In this document: positions 9,104-16,829 of the stretch, piece by piece
Layout of the letters: each line of letters begins with the position of its first letter
Numbering within the stretch: position 1 is the stretch's first letter
Virus record (IMG/VR): IMGVR_UViG_3300012933_000174
Span: 1-49,450 of that record
From: a virus
Lineage: Duplodnaviria > Caudoviricetes
DNA length: 49,450 bases
Strand: one strand, 5' to 3'
Position numbers and translations under genes: made by a program
The notes under the pieces: generated by a model
The model's database searches: none
What the model saw: only the letters and a program-made list of their open reading frames with translations
Told to the model about the DNA's origin: nothing

Positions 9104-9404
9104 CTAAAAACGACAGTTTTGCCCATATTTTACTTTTTCCCCAGATATAATACGAACTTCTTTATACTCGTACGCTGCATATTGATTGTTTTGTAGGAAC
9201 TCATAAGCTTCCCTTTTAGACTTTGTAGCGCGTACAAATTTAGGTTCAGCAATATACGTTGCAGAGTCGTTTGATCTATCTGTACAGTATAAATTGTATA
9301 CAATATCCGCTTTTTTCCACTTTTGCTGGTTGTTTACATTCAATCCGCCGTACAAATTTTATCAGTACAGTTAATTCTTCATCTGTCATTTCAATTGTTG
9401 GCAT
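9104..9404 (-). CDS. Hypothetical protein, apparently frameshifted (ORF 9404-9276 plus ORF ending at 9104)
   Basis: Strong RBS at 9404; the downstream frame lacks a good start; the frames join at the A6 run 9311-9316. Confidence 0.5.
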
Positions 9405-9405
9405 A

Positions 9406-9984
9406 TTAACCTCTCCTGCGTTTAATACAATTTTTAAGGAATCTTTTACCATGGAATAGAAACTTTACTCGCTCCCATAAACTCCACCCATTAACCATTG
9501 TCAAGTTATTAATCGCATTAGTGTACTGTACTCTCGTTTGCTTTTCATTAACTGAAAGATTATCAATAATATCCTTCGCTGATGTTAGCGCTGATTCACT
9601 ACTTACACAGTCTCTTTGCATTGTTCTCAGGCTGTCTTTTAATTCCATTATCCGTTTTTCTTGTGCGCGTAATCTGTCATTCGCCGTTATTAAGTCCCAA
9701 GATAATAAATCCATAGGGATCTTAAGCATCTCCTGGACTTCTTTTGCTACGCCTAATTTGATTACATTTCTGTTTGGGTCTATGTGCGGTGTACTACCAC
9801 CTACCCACCAGAACTCTTTCAGTTCAATCGTTTCTTCTTCGAATTCTCTGATTCTATTCCAATTCGTACCCCGCATGTCTGTAAAGCCAAGTCCTGGCAT
9901 ACCTGCACTTCTTACACGTTGTCCTTGGATGTCATACGGAATATCTTCCCATGTTATCCCCGTTATTATTTTAGCCATTTTCAT
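9406..9984 (-). CDS. Hypothetical coiled-coil protein
   Basis: GAGG RBS; heptad-like C-terminal half. Confidence 0.7.
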   Translation of the reverse strand: MKMAKIITGITWEDIPYDIQGQRVRSAGMPGLGFTDMRGTNWNRIREFEEETIELKEFWWVGGSTPHIDPNRNVIKLGVAKEVQEMLKIPMDLLSWDLITANDRLRAQEKRIMELKDSLRTMQRDCVSSESALTSAKDIIDNLSVNEKQTRVQYTNAINNLTMVNGWSLWERVKFLFHGKRFLKNCIKRRRG

Positions 9985-10045
9985 ATCTGTTCCTCAAAGT
10001 TAATTTTCAGTTTGTTCGTGGTTCCCTGTAGTTCCAATCATTACA

Positions 10046-10070
10046 GAATCCCCGGGAGTACCGAGGATTC
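10046..10070 (-). terminator. Stem-loop after the split RNAP (terminator or RNase III-type processing site)
   Basis: GAATCCTCGG-TACTC-CCGGGGATTC, a 10-bp stem with one G-U pair on the minus strand; no strong U-tract. Confidence 0.55.
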
Positions 10071-10081
10071 AGAGTTTTTAT

Positions 10082-11578
10082 TTAAGAGAACATATTCCTT
10101 GCTGCGCCACACTCAGCGATGTCGAATTCTTCAATTACACAATGATGTGCATTCTTGACGTCATCACCCAACCAGATTCTTTCCAGAAAGTGATTCAAGT
10201 TGTCGCGGCTGTGAGTAATTACCCAAGCTTCTGAAATACATTCAAGCAGTCTATCCACATCAGTGATATGGCAACCATACGAATCATGAATACCAAGTAA
10301 CTCACCCTCGAACAAGTTCGTAGTTACACGGAAATGGTTCGCATCACAACTATGGATGAAGTTCGGAGACGCTGCCCCCATCATTTTCCCGTAGTCGTAA
10401 TAAATCGGAGTGTTTGTTTTGATCGCAATCTGACCAGCACGCACCAATGATTCTTCTTCGTTCTTTTCAAGCATTCGACAGAAGAAACCATCCTGTGAAA
10501 ACCATGTCAATGCCACGTCTTCATCAGTTAAATCTTTTTGCCAAATGCCACCATTCTGGTCTATCCAGCAATCAGACAGCATGATTAAGTTCGCTTTAAA
10601 CACACCTTTATCAGTTGGTATGTTAGCTGTGTATTTCACATCACCAGCGTCAGTTCCAGTTGCTGTAACTTTAATCCATTTTTGACGTTTAACGCCATCA
10701 GGACGATATCCAGTATACGCATTCAGTCGTAATCCACGATGTCTGCGACCTTGCTCATCACGAGGACCGAATTGTTCAGTCAGTCTTTTGTCCATCGCTT
10801 CTTTCACGATCATCGTTAAGTCTAAACATGCTGGAAATTCTTCCTGCACGCCTTCCATATACGCTTCACGTATCAATCTTGGACTGCCTTCAACGTGGTT
10901 CTTTTCCAGAACTTCGCTGATTCTGTTATCAATTGTGCTTTCAGTCGCACCGTACGCTAAAATCATTAATGGGGTTTTTGCCATGTCTCTACCCATGTTT
11001 CGGATAGCTTCAATAGCCTGTCTACCAGCGGGAGTGCTATTCCCCTTATTGTCCAAGGGTTCACACTGTAAAGCAGCTTTTGCGAGGATACCATACGGAT
11101 CATTTGGTCTTTCACCGTCTGGAATTGGTAATATGTTACTCGCGACTGCGGTCACTCTGTTCTTTAAACATGCTGCCATGTGTTGTAAGCCGTTAGATTT
11201 CCCATCCAGGTGGAATACGAAATCCGATTCCAGTCCCTCAGCACTGCCATCGTGGTCAGCAAGGTATTTTTGTATTCTTTTTATCTCCTGAACTACGGCA
11301 TACGCAGGCCATTCATCCGCACGACGTTGTAAACCTTCAGGTAAAGATGCAATCAACGCATTTACTGAGCGTATCGCATCCATCATTTCTTTCTGTGTAA
11401 AACCAGCCGCTTCATCCAGATACAGTACATCCTTCCATTCTGGAGATTTAATCAGGTTCTGTGCCCATTTTGCTTGTTCTTCACGGGTGTACTCTTTTCC
11501 ATCGCCAGCATCGATGAATCCTAATTCTCTTGCTAAAGCAACGTTCAACCAGAAGAAAGCGCGTTTTAAAGTTTTCAT
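10082..11578 (-). CDS. T7-family RNA polymerase, C-terminal catalytic subunit of a split enzyme
   Basis: Motif A LDGKSNGLQH, motif B RDMAKTPLMILAYG, PNFIHSCDA, motif C IHDSYG; begins at the ..FFWL.. helix; own AGGA RBS. Confidence 0.93.
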   Translation of the reverse strand: MKTLKRAFFWLNVALARELGFIDAGDGKEYTREEQAKWAQNLIKSPEWKDVLYLDEAAGFTQKEMMDAIRSVNALIASLPEGLQRRADEWPAYAVVQEIKRIQKYLADHDGSAEGLESDFVFHLDGKSNGLQHMAACLKNRVTAVASNILPIPDGERPNDPYGILAKAALQCEPLDNKGNSTPAGRQAIEAIRNMGRDMAKTPLMILAYGATESTIDNRISEVLEKNHVEGSPRLIREAYMEGVQEEFPACLDLTMIVKEAMDKRLTEQFGPRDEQGRRHRGLRLNAYTGYRPDGVKRQKWIKVTATGTDAGDVKYTANIPTDKGVFKANLIMLSDCWIDQNGGIWQKDLTDEDVALTWFSQDGFFCRMLEKNEEESLVRAGQIAIKTNTPIYYDYGKMMGAASPNFIHSCDANHFRVTTNLFEGELLGIHDSYGCHITDVDRLLECISEAWVITHSRDNLNHFLERIWLGDDVKNAHHCVIEEFDIAECGAARNMFS

Positions 11579-11579
11579 T

Positions 11580-11669
11580 TCAAATTCCTAATAAATAGTT
11601 TATAATTTCAAGTGTTAGAAGTGCACTCAGCGATATTAAACACATGAGTGCACGGAAACCTACCGACAT
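11580..11669 (-). CDS. Possible 29-aa hydrophobic peptide (MSVGFRALMCLISLSALLTLEIINYLLGI)
   Basis: ATG directly after the upstream TAA; stop 1 nt before the RNAP subunit ATG; no clear RBS. Confidence 0.3.
   Translation of the reverse strand: MSVGFRALMCLISLSALLTLEIINYLLGI
11621..11653. other. Inverted repeat GTGCACTCA-N15-TGAGTGCAC between the split RNAP genes
   Basis: Perfect 9-bp stem. Confidence 0.6.
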
Positions 11670-11759
11670 TTATTCTTTTTGTTCGAATAAAGTCGCCAGA
11701 TCGTAGAACGCTTTTGCAATTACTGCAACCAATGCGTTAACTAAGGCGTATTCAATCAT
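11670..11759 (-). CDS. 29-aa peptide (MIEYALVNALVAVIAKAFYDLATLFEQKE)
   Basis: Translated by hand; AGGAG RBS overlapping the upstream stop codon. Confidence 0.6.
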   Translation of the reverse strand: MIEYALVNALVAVIAKAFYDLATLFEQKE

Positions 11760-11767
11760 ACAATCTC

Positions 11768-12988
11768 CTATCCAGCTAAGGACGTTTTGTTAGCAAATTT
11801 AAGCATAGACTTCGCGAAGCCTGTACCCTGCGTGTTTAACATTCCAGACAGATAATAAACTCTGCCTCTGTGGTCAGTGCTTAGTGCTTGCCACAGTGGA
11901 ACTTCTGTTTCGGTTACTGCTCCTGCTTTGTACATTAAACATTGAGATGTGTACTTCTCCATCTTTTTCTTTGCTAATGCGCGACTCAGTCCACTTGTAT
12001 CTGGTTTAAAGTGCGCCGCGTTCTGATGCCTCACACGACTGAACAATCTTCCAGATTTTGTAAAACTTACTGGCACTGCCTGCAATTTATTAATAGCTGA
12101 CAATACTTCTTCTGACCAGTTCCCCAAGCGTTTCCCACTGTCATCATACTTCTGACCAGTATCGAACCGATCATCAATCATGCCGAACTGTGGTTTATAC
12201 ACTGGTGCGTCAACTGAACATAAATTCCGATTGTAGTCAGGATGAACCCCAGACTTTGCTGATGTCCAAGGATCTAATGGAAACGGACACAGAGGCAGTC
12301 TCAACGTTACCTTATCACGCAGATACAGTATCTCTTGTTGAATCCAATTCTCGGTTTCATCAGTCAGATTCCAGACTTTACTCTTTCTCAGAGTGCCTTG
12401 TTCATCACGATACTCGCGGATTTCACTACGTTTTTTAACCAGCGGGAATTTCTCCTCGCCAACTTCCCACGCATCAACGTTCCCCAGCCATTCCACCTGA
12501 GGTGCTATAGGAAATGCAATCAAATGCCCAATCGCTGCTTTCACAACGCCGAACATCCATTCTTCTGAATACTCAATCTTTTGAGCATCAGTGTAAACCT
12601 TTAAGGCTTCATCAGCCTCTTCGATGCTACCATACACCATACATCCGAATTCCTCCTCGGTGCAGTAGTCAGCATCTTTCTCCTGTGGCATGTGCTTTTT
12701 CAGCATATTCGCCATCAGTAAGTCGTTTGTGTACCCTGTACTCAAGATCTGAGTCAGGAGTATTGCCCACGCGCAGTGTGATTTAGTTTCTTCTTTCACA
12801 CGCTTTACGCCGCGTTTATCAAGGTATTCAACCAGTACAGTTCCTTCTACTATTTCTGGCATACTCTTCAGTATTTTTCCTATGACAACGTTCGCTGCGG
12901 TCAAGCGAGTAACTAAACCCTGCTCATGTGTTTTAATGTTATCAAGTAGTGTTTTCATATCAGCCTCTGATTTCTCTATATAGATCAC
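11768..12988 (-). CDS. T7-family RNA polymerase, N-terminal subunit of a split enzyme
   Basis: P..PW, AINKLQ.VP, and at the very C-terminus DHRGRVY...LNTQG..FAKSMLKFA (DxxGR motif). Confidence 0.88.
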   Translation of the reverse strand: MIYIEKSEADMKTLLDNIKTHEQGLVTRLTAANVVIGKILKSMPEIVEGTVLVEYLDKRGVKRVKEETKSHCAWAILLTQILSTGYTNDLLMANMLKKHMPQEKDADYCTEEEFGCMVYGSIEEADEALKVYTDAQKIEYSEEWMFGVVKAAIGHLIAFPIAPQVEWLGNVDAWEVGEEKFPLVKKRSEIREYRDEQGTLRKSKVWNLTDETENWIQQEILYLRDKVTLRLPLCPFPLDPWTSAKSGVHPDYNRNLCSVDAPVYKPQFGMIDDRFDTGQKYDDSGKRLGNWSEEVLSAINKLQAVPVSFTKSGRLFSRVRHQNAAHFKPDTSGLSRALAKKKMEKYTSQCLMYKAGAVTETEVPLWQALSTDHRGRVYYLSGMLNTQGTGFAKSMLKFANKTSLAG

Positions 12989-13427
12989 GTAAAATTGGTT
13001 TTAAGCCATCCTGGCATGTTTTTCCTAGTTGTTCAACTGCACCTGCTGGACCACGAGCATACCATAATCCTTTCGGAATATAAACTACACCCCGACTAAA
13101 AGTGACTTTTACTGATTTTCCATTCTTGCAGTCCTCAGCTTTCCAGGTTCTCACTGGCTCTGGAGCAGCCATACAAGGCACGTCTGTGAATGGAATCGCA
13201 TCTTGCTCGATTTCTTCCTCCAAAGAAACCTCAGCTCTCATTCTTTCTACCCACTGCTCTTCAGTTTCTGCAGGTATTTCTTCTTGCTCGATTTCTTCCT
13301 CATGGAAATCTTCGTAATCATAATCAGGGTTTGCAGCTACTAGTGCATCGATATCTTCCCATGGTGGTACGTCTAGTGTACCAGTCTTTGTATTCATCAT
13401 TTCGGATTCCTCATCTCGAATTTTCAT
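12960..13427 (-). CDS. Hypothetical protein with highly acidic N-terminal half
   Basis: ORF tiles the operon; true start may be near 13400. Confidence 0.7.
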   Translation of the reverse strand: MKIRDEESEMMNTKTGTLDVPPWEDIDALVAANPDYDYEDFHEEEIEQEEIPAETEEQWVERMRAEVSLEEEIEQDAIPFTDVPCMAAPEPVRTWKAEDCKNGKSVKVTFSRGVVYIPKGLWYARGPAGAVEQLGKTCQDGLKPILRDLYREIRG

Positions 13428-13468
13428 TAACAGTTTTATAACTGATCCAATACCCGTTCTGTGTCACT

Positions 13469-13861
13469 CTACCGTGTATCATCACTTGCCTCCAAGTGTT
13501 TATCTAAGAACCGTTTAATTGTCTCGCAATGACACCGCTTCGGCGCGCAGAAACAAGCAAGCTCAACATCTTGCGCGCGAGCTATTTTATACAACTCACG
13601 CATACGTTTATACATACCCATTGCTCTGTCTTTACCACCCAACAGTGCAAGTGCGTCTCCACTTACCTGACCTTTCTCTTTCATTACATGCTCGAATAAC
13701 GGCTCGAACTCATCACAAACCCGATCTCGATCAGCTTCCTTGCCCATCCAGAACGGATTCCCCAATAGCCCAGCTTGACCTTTACCAGGACGTCCACAGT
13801 ATTCTCTGTGAACGCCTTCTACAAGGATTCCAGGACCTCTGATGTTAATTATTCTGATCAT
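13469..13861 (-). CDS. DUF4326-family protein
   Basis: YCGRP, LGNPF, R..VC..F, LACFCAPKRCH.E motifs; GAGG RBS before MIRIINI. Confidence 0.85.
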   Translation of the reverse strand: MIRIINIRGPGILVEGVHREYCGRPGKGQAGLLGNPFWMGKEADRDRVCDEFEPLFEHVMKEKGQVSGDALALLGGKDRAMGMYKRMRELYKIARAQDVELACFCAPKRCHCETIKRFLDKHLEASDDTR

Positions 13862-13862
13862 A

Positions 13863-14312
13863 TTAACCTCTATACACGTGAACGTTGTCAGGGAGCGAAA
13901 CAAGTAGTGGCAACACATCTTCATGTTTTAAGCCACCATGCCCACAGCCTGGAAATGGTAAGTGGAACGTGAACTCTGGTCTTAGTCGAGCTACACGATC
14001 AAGCCGTGACACTGATTTTTCTATCAATTCAAGCGTGCTTCCAAGTTTCCAATCCGTTTTTGTTTGAAACGCTCCTATATTGTGAAATCTGAATTTGACC
14101 CATTTACAGCCATATACAGAGTTTGGTTTAATAATCTTCGCGAGTTCCATCGGAAGGTTTATTCCCAGAGAGGCAAAATACTCCTTAATCGCCTTTGCAT
14201 TCCCAGCACCCATTACAAGTCCAGAGCGACAGATTGTGCTATTCGCAGTGAACATTATCACTGAGTACGGGTTAGGTACTGGATACTCCAGTCTTTCATT
14301 TAATAGTTTCAT
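13863..14312 (-). CDS. Macrodomain protein (TARG1/DarG-like ADP-ribose processing)
   Basis: T.N.....LVMGAG.A, F.TK..W...S....I, LP.PGCG.GGL motifs. Confidence 0.85.
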   Translation of the reverse strand: MKLLNERLEYPVPNPYSVIMFTANSTICRSGLVMGAGNAKAIKEYFASLGINLPMELAKIIKPNSVYGCKWVKFRFHNIGAFQTKTDWKLGSTLELIEKSVSRLDRVARLRPEFTFHLPFPGCGHGGLKHEDVLPLLVSLPDNVHVYRG

Positions 14313-14590
14313 TTCACATCTCCAAACGGAAGGTTCATACTACGTTGCCACTCACGGAGCTTGTCTGACTGTTCGGTCACTATTTTACGATCACGGATCT
14401 GTTCATCTAGTAACAACAGTCTCATTTTAGCAAGCTCTTTACCCGCGAATGATGATACTGGATTACCAGCTTGATCAAGTTCAAGAGAACTCAACATTAA
14501 GTTCAACTCACAGTTTACATCAGCTTGCCAAAGTGTAAAATCATTCAACAGTACAGTTGCAGGTTTAATTATCGTTTTCATTTTAGTCAC
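14309..14590 (-). CDS. Hypothetical early protein
   Basis: ATGA-coupled to the macrodomain gene. Confidence 0.65.
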   Translation of the reverse strand: MTKMKTIIKPATVLLNDFTLWQADVNCELNLMLSSLELDQAGNPVSSFAGKELAKMRLLLLDEQIRDRKIVTEQSDKLREWQRSMNLPFGDVK

Positions 14591-14614
14591 CTTTATGTTT
14601 CTTTTATTAAAATT

Positions 14615-14893
14615 TTAAAGCAGGCTGCTAAGCCATACAAGCCCTTGATATAGCATGAGAAGTGGTAACGAGTAGCATACTGCTGGTAGCACGTACGCTT
14701 CCCAGATACTAGCGTTAACGTATGTGAATTCAAGCATATCACAGTCATCGAATCGATTCCACCGCTTGCTTTTCCCCCGTGGACAACGAGCGGTCAACTC
14801 TGCCTCCTGCTTTCTAAGCATCTCACGAGATTTAAGGATATCAATCTCTGTATTTAGCACTTCTAAGCGTGCAAGTCTCTCTGCGTCAGTCAT
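14615..14893 (-). CDS. Hypothetical early protein with C-terminal TM segment
   Basis: GGAGAG RBS. Confidence 0.7.
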   Translation of the reverse strand: MTDAERLARLEVLNTEIDILKSREMLRKQEAELTARCPRGKSKRWNRFDDCDMLEFTYVNASIWEAYVLPAVCYSLPLLMLYQGLVWLSSLL

Positions 14894-14906
14894 GACACTC
14901 TCCTAG

Positions 14907-15053
14907 TTATTGTATTTCAAGTAATAAAGCAATTTCATCCCAATACTTTTTATCCTCATTCATCATTTCGAGGATCTCTTCTTCTGTGTATCCACCATCT
15001 GGATCAATTACTTCTTCATTCCAGAGTGGATAATCTAAATCTAATGGGCTCAT
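14907..15053 (-). CDS. 48-aa very acidic early protein
   Basis: Translated by hand: MSPLDLDYPLWNEEVIDPDGGYTEEEILEMMNEDKKYWDEIALLLEIQ; AAGGTG RBS. Confidence 0.7.
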   Translation of the reverse strand: MSPLDLDYPLWNEEVIDPDGGYTEEEILEMMNEDKKYWDEIALLLEIQ

Positions 15054-15073
15054 GTCGTTCACCTTTAATTCAA

Positions 15074-15189
15074 TGTTGATAACCTGTTGATAACTTCCTC
15101 TCCAGGTACTAACAGGCAGACACAGTTTGTGGATAACTCCCTCTCTGTATCAATGCCCCAAGTACCCCGAAGACGGAAATTGTGGATAA
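15074..15189 (-). promoter_or_regulatory. Cluster of four DnaA-box-like sites
   Basis: TTATCCACA at 15181-15189 and 15128-15136; TTATCAACA at 15085-15093 and 15074-15082; all co-oriented and intergenic. Confidence 0.65.
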
Positions 15190-15202
15190 CTTTCCTTCCC
15201 TG

Positions 15203-15340
15203 CTACTGTCCTGCGATTCTGTCGATCTCTGCTGTGTGCTCAGTGACCACTGTACTGACGGTCGATACACTGTGTACAAGATTCTTGCAGAGAAACTGAA
15301 CAGACGCCAGCACTACACAGATGATAATTAACTTTCTCAT
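15203..15340 (-). CDS. 45-aa protein with signal-like N-terminus
   Basis: Translated by hand: MRKLIIICVVLASVQFLC...; GGAGAG RBS. Confidence 0.6.
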   Translation of the reverse strand: MRKLIIICVVLASVQFLCKNLVHSVSTVSTVVTEHTAEIDRIAGQ

Positions 15341-15610
15341 GACACTCTCCGAATAATGGCAGGAGACAACCCCCTACCTTAATAACTAACCCCAAGCCGC
15401 TTGCGGCAGAGTCTATACTAGAGTGGCATGGGGGGGGACATGGAGGAGCGAGCGCAGCGAGCCTAGCCCCTCATAAAATCTCACCACTTTTTTTGACAAC
15501 CTTCTTACTCATACAGTGCACACAGATTACCTCACCAGTAGTAGACCGTTCGTAATGATGCCGACAAGTATCCTTCTTCCCTATCGTCCATAAATTCAAG
15601 GGAGGGAACT

Positions 15611-15772
15611 TTAATTCAGCCCACCGTACCATTTTCTACCACACAACACGCACATACTGACGTAAAACCCATCTTCATTAAATCCTCTGATTTTATGTAC
15701 ACAAGTTCTCTGATTCCTACCTGAGCGTACCGTGTATATCTTTGGATACTTATCAGGGTGTTCGGGTTTCAT
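15611..15772 (-). CDS. Small Zn-ribbon-like protein
   Basis: C.H...CVLCG; ATGA-coupled start MKPEHP. Confidence 0.55.
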   Translation of the reverse strand: MKPEHPDKYPKIYTVRSGRNQRTCVHKIRGFNEDGFYVSMCVLCGRKWYGGLN

Positions 15773-15909
15773 AACACAGATGCATGCCAAGGACGACAAC
15801 TTCTGACTTCATACAACAGTGCATTCATCGTTTCAGGAGATACCAACGGATTCCATTGTAAGCATTTGTAATAATTCCATCTCCGTCTAGCTCTTTTCTT
15901 CTTCTTCAT
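15769..15909 (-). CDS. 46-aa basic protein (MKKKKRARRRW...)
   Basis: Translated by hand; ATGA overlaps at both ends. Confidence 0.55.
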   Translation of the reverse strand: MKKKKRARRRWNYYKCLQWNPLVSPETMNALLYEVRSCRPWHASVL

Positions 15910-16328
15910 TCCTTGCCTCCATTTAAACTTTCATCAAGAGCGAGAGTAACCCTTCCGTTACCCAGTGTCCGCAACTCTTTCAGTCTTCTATCCCACTCAA
16001 ACCAAGTCTTATCCCAAGGTCCGCGTACCGTAAATACCCATGTGTCCCTACCGATCATTGCGCTTACTCTATGGACGTCGTTCTTGTATATCCCGAAGAA
16101 CCCTGACTGTGGTGTGAACTTCCTAATCTTCCCACGAGCGTTCCTCTCAATCAGCCCGCCTGTTAGTACCAGACCAAAGCAATCAAAAGCGTGCGAGTGG
16201 AACACCTCCCGTGACCTGCCCGTAAAACGGAGCAATAATACTGAGAATCCACCTTTCCATTCAATCAGCCAGTAACCTGTGCAATTTGACTTTTTACCGC
16301 CATCCTTACGAGAAAACAGGAACTTCAT
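15906..16328 (-). CDS. Cupin-fold protein
   Basis: FHSH.F...L.GG..E ... H.V ... W.....GP pattern. Confidence 0.65.
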   Translation of the reverse strand: MKFLFSRKDGGKKSNCTGYWLIEWKGGFSVLLLRFTGRSREVFHSHAFDCFGLVLTGGLIERNARGKIRKFTPQSGFFGIYKNDVHRVSAMIGRDTWVFTVRGPWDKTWFEWDRRLKELRTLGNGRVTLALDESLNGGKE

Positions 16329-16821
16329 CCCAGTACCCCTCGTGCAATTTCTGTAGGTAATCCCATGCGAGGTTCGAAACCCACTCAGCTTTTACTGATA
16401 CTGTGACCACGGAGCGTCTCGCATCCACGAAGTTCATACAATCACCATTCACAAACGCTCTTAAAGGATGTCCAGTAAAATGCCCGTGAACCATGCCTGA
16501 AATTACTATCTCAAGAGCTGTATCTGCATTCATTACCATCTCGGGGAAGTCCACAATGTTTTTACCAATCAGATTCGCGAACTTGTTGTACCATTTTACA
16601 CCCTGGATCATTACATAACCACGGGAAAACCACTTATCATGTGAACTTTCAGAATCCCAGTAACCCACATATCTAGGAACCATCATACCATCTGTTTCAT
16701 GGTTTATAGTTGCTAGTATATAAGCTATTTGAGGGATTATTAAACCAATCTTTTTACAATGGTCTATAATACCTTTTTCAGCGGATTTAATAAATTTTTC
16801 TGATACATCTTTTTTATTCAT
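16306..16821 (-). CDS. Glycoside hydrolase family 19-like protein (divergent; endolysin candidate)
   Basis: QIAYILAT..HET, RGYV, P.......A..I...GM..G.FTG..L, F..ARR. Confidence 0.7.
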   Translation of the reverse strand: MNKKDVSEKFIKSAEKGIIDHCKKIGLIIPQIAYILATINHETDGMMVPRYVGYWDSESSHDKWFSRGYVMIQGVKWYNKFANLIGKNIVDFPEMVMNADTALEIVISGMVHGHFTGHPLRAFVNGDCMNFVDARRSVVTVSVKAEWVSNLAWDYLQKLHEGYWDEVPVFS

Positions 16822-16829
16822 TCTTTACT

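Noticed and set aside
11579-11767. Intron or intein interrupting a single RNAP gene
   Set aside because: Only 189 nt, no group I/II core motifs seen, and the downstream half has its own RBS and ATG; not formally excluded without RT-PCR
15446-15462. GAGCGAGCGCAGCGAG resembling a plasmid single-strand-origin or vector sequence
   Set aside because: The match is too short and the flanks are not vector-like; function cannot be supported
15493-15520. Plus-strand sigma70 promoter (TTGACA)
   Set aside because: No -10 hexamer at 16-18 bp spacing and no plus-strand gene downstream
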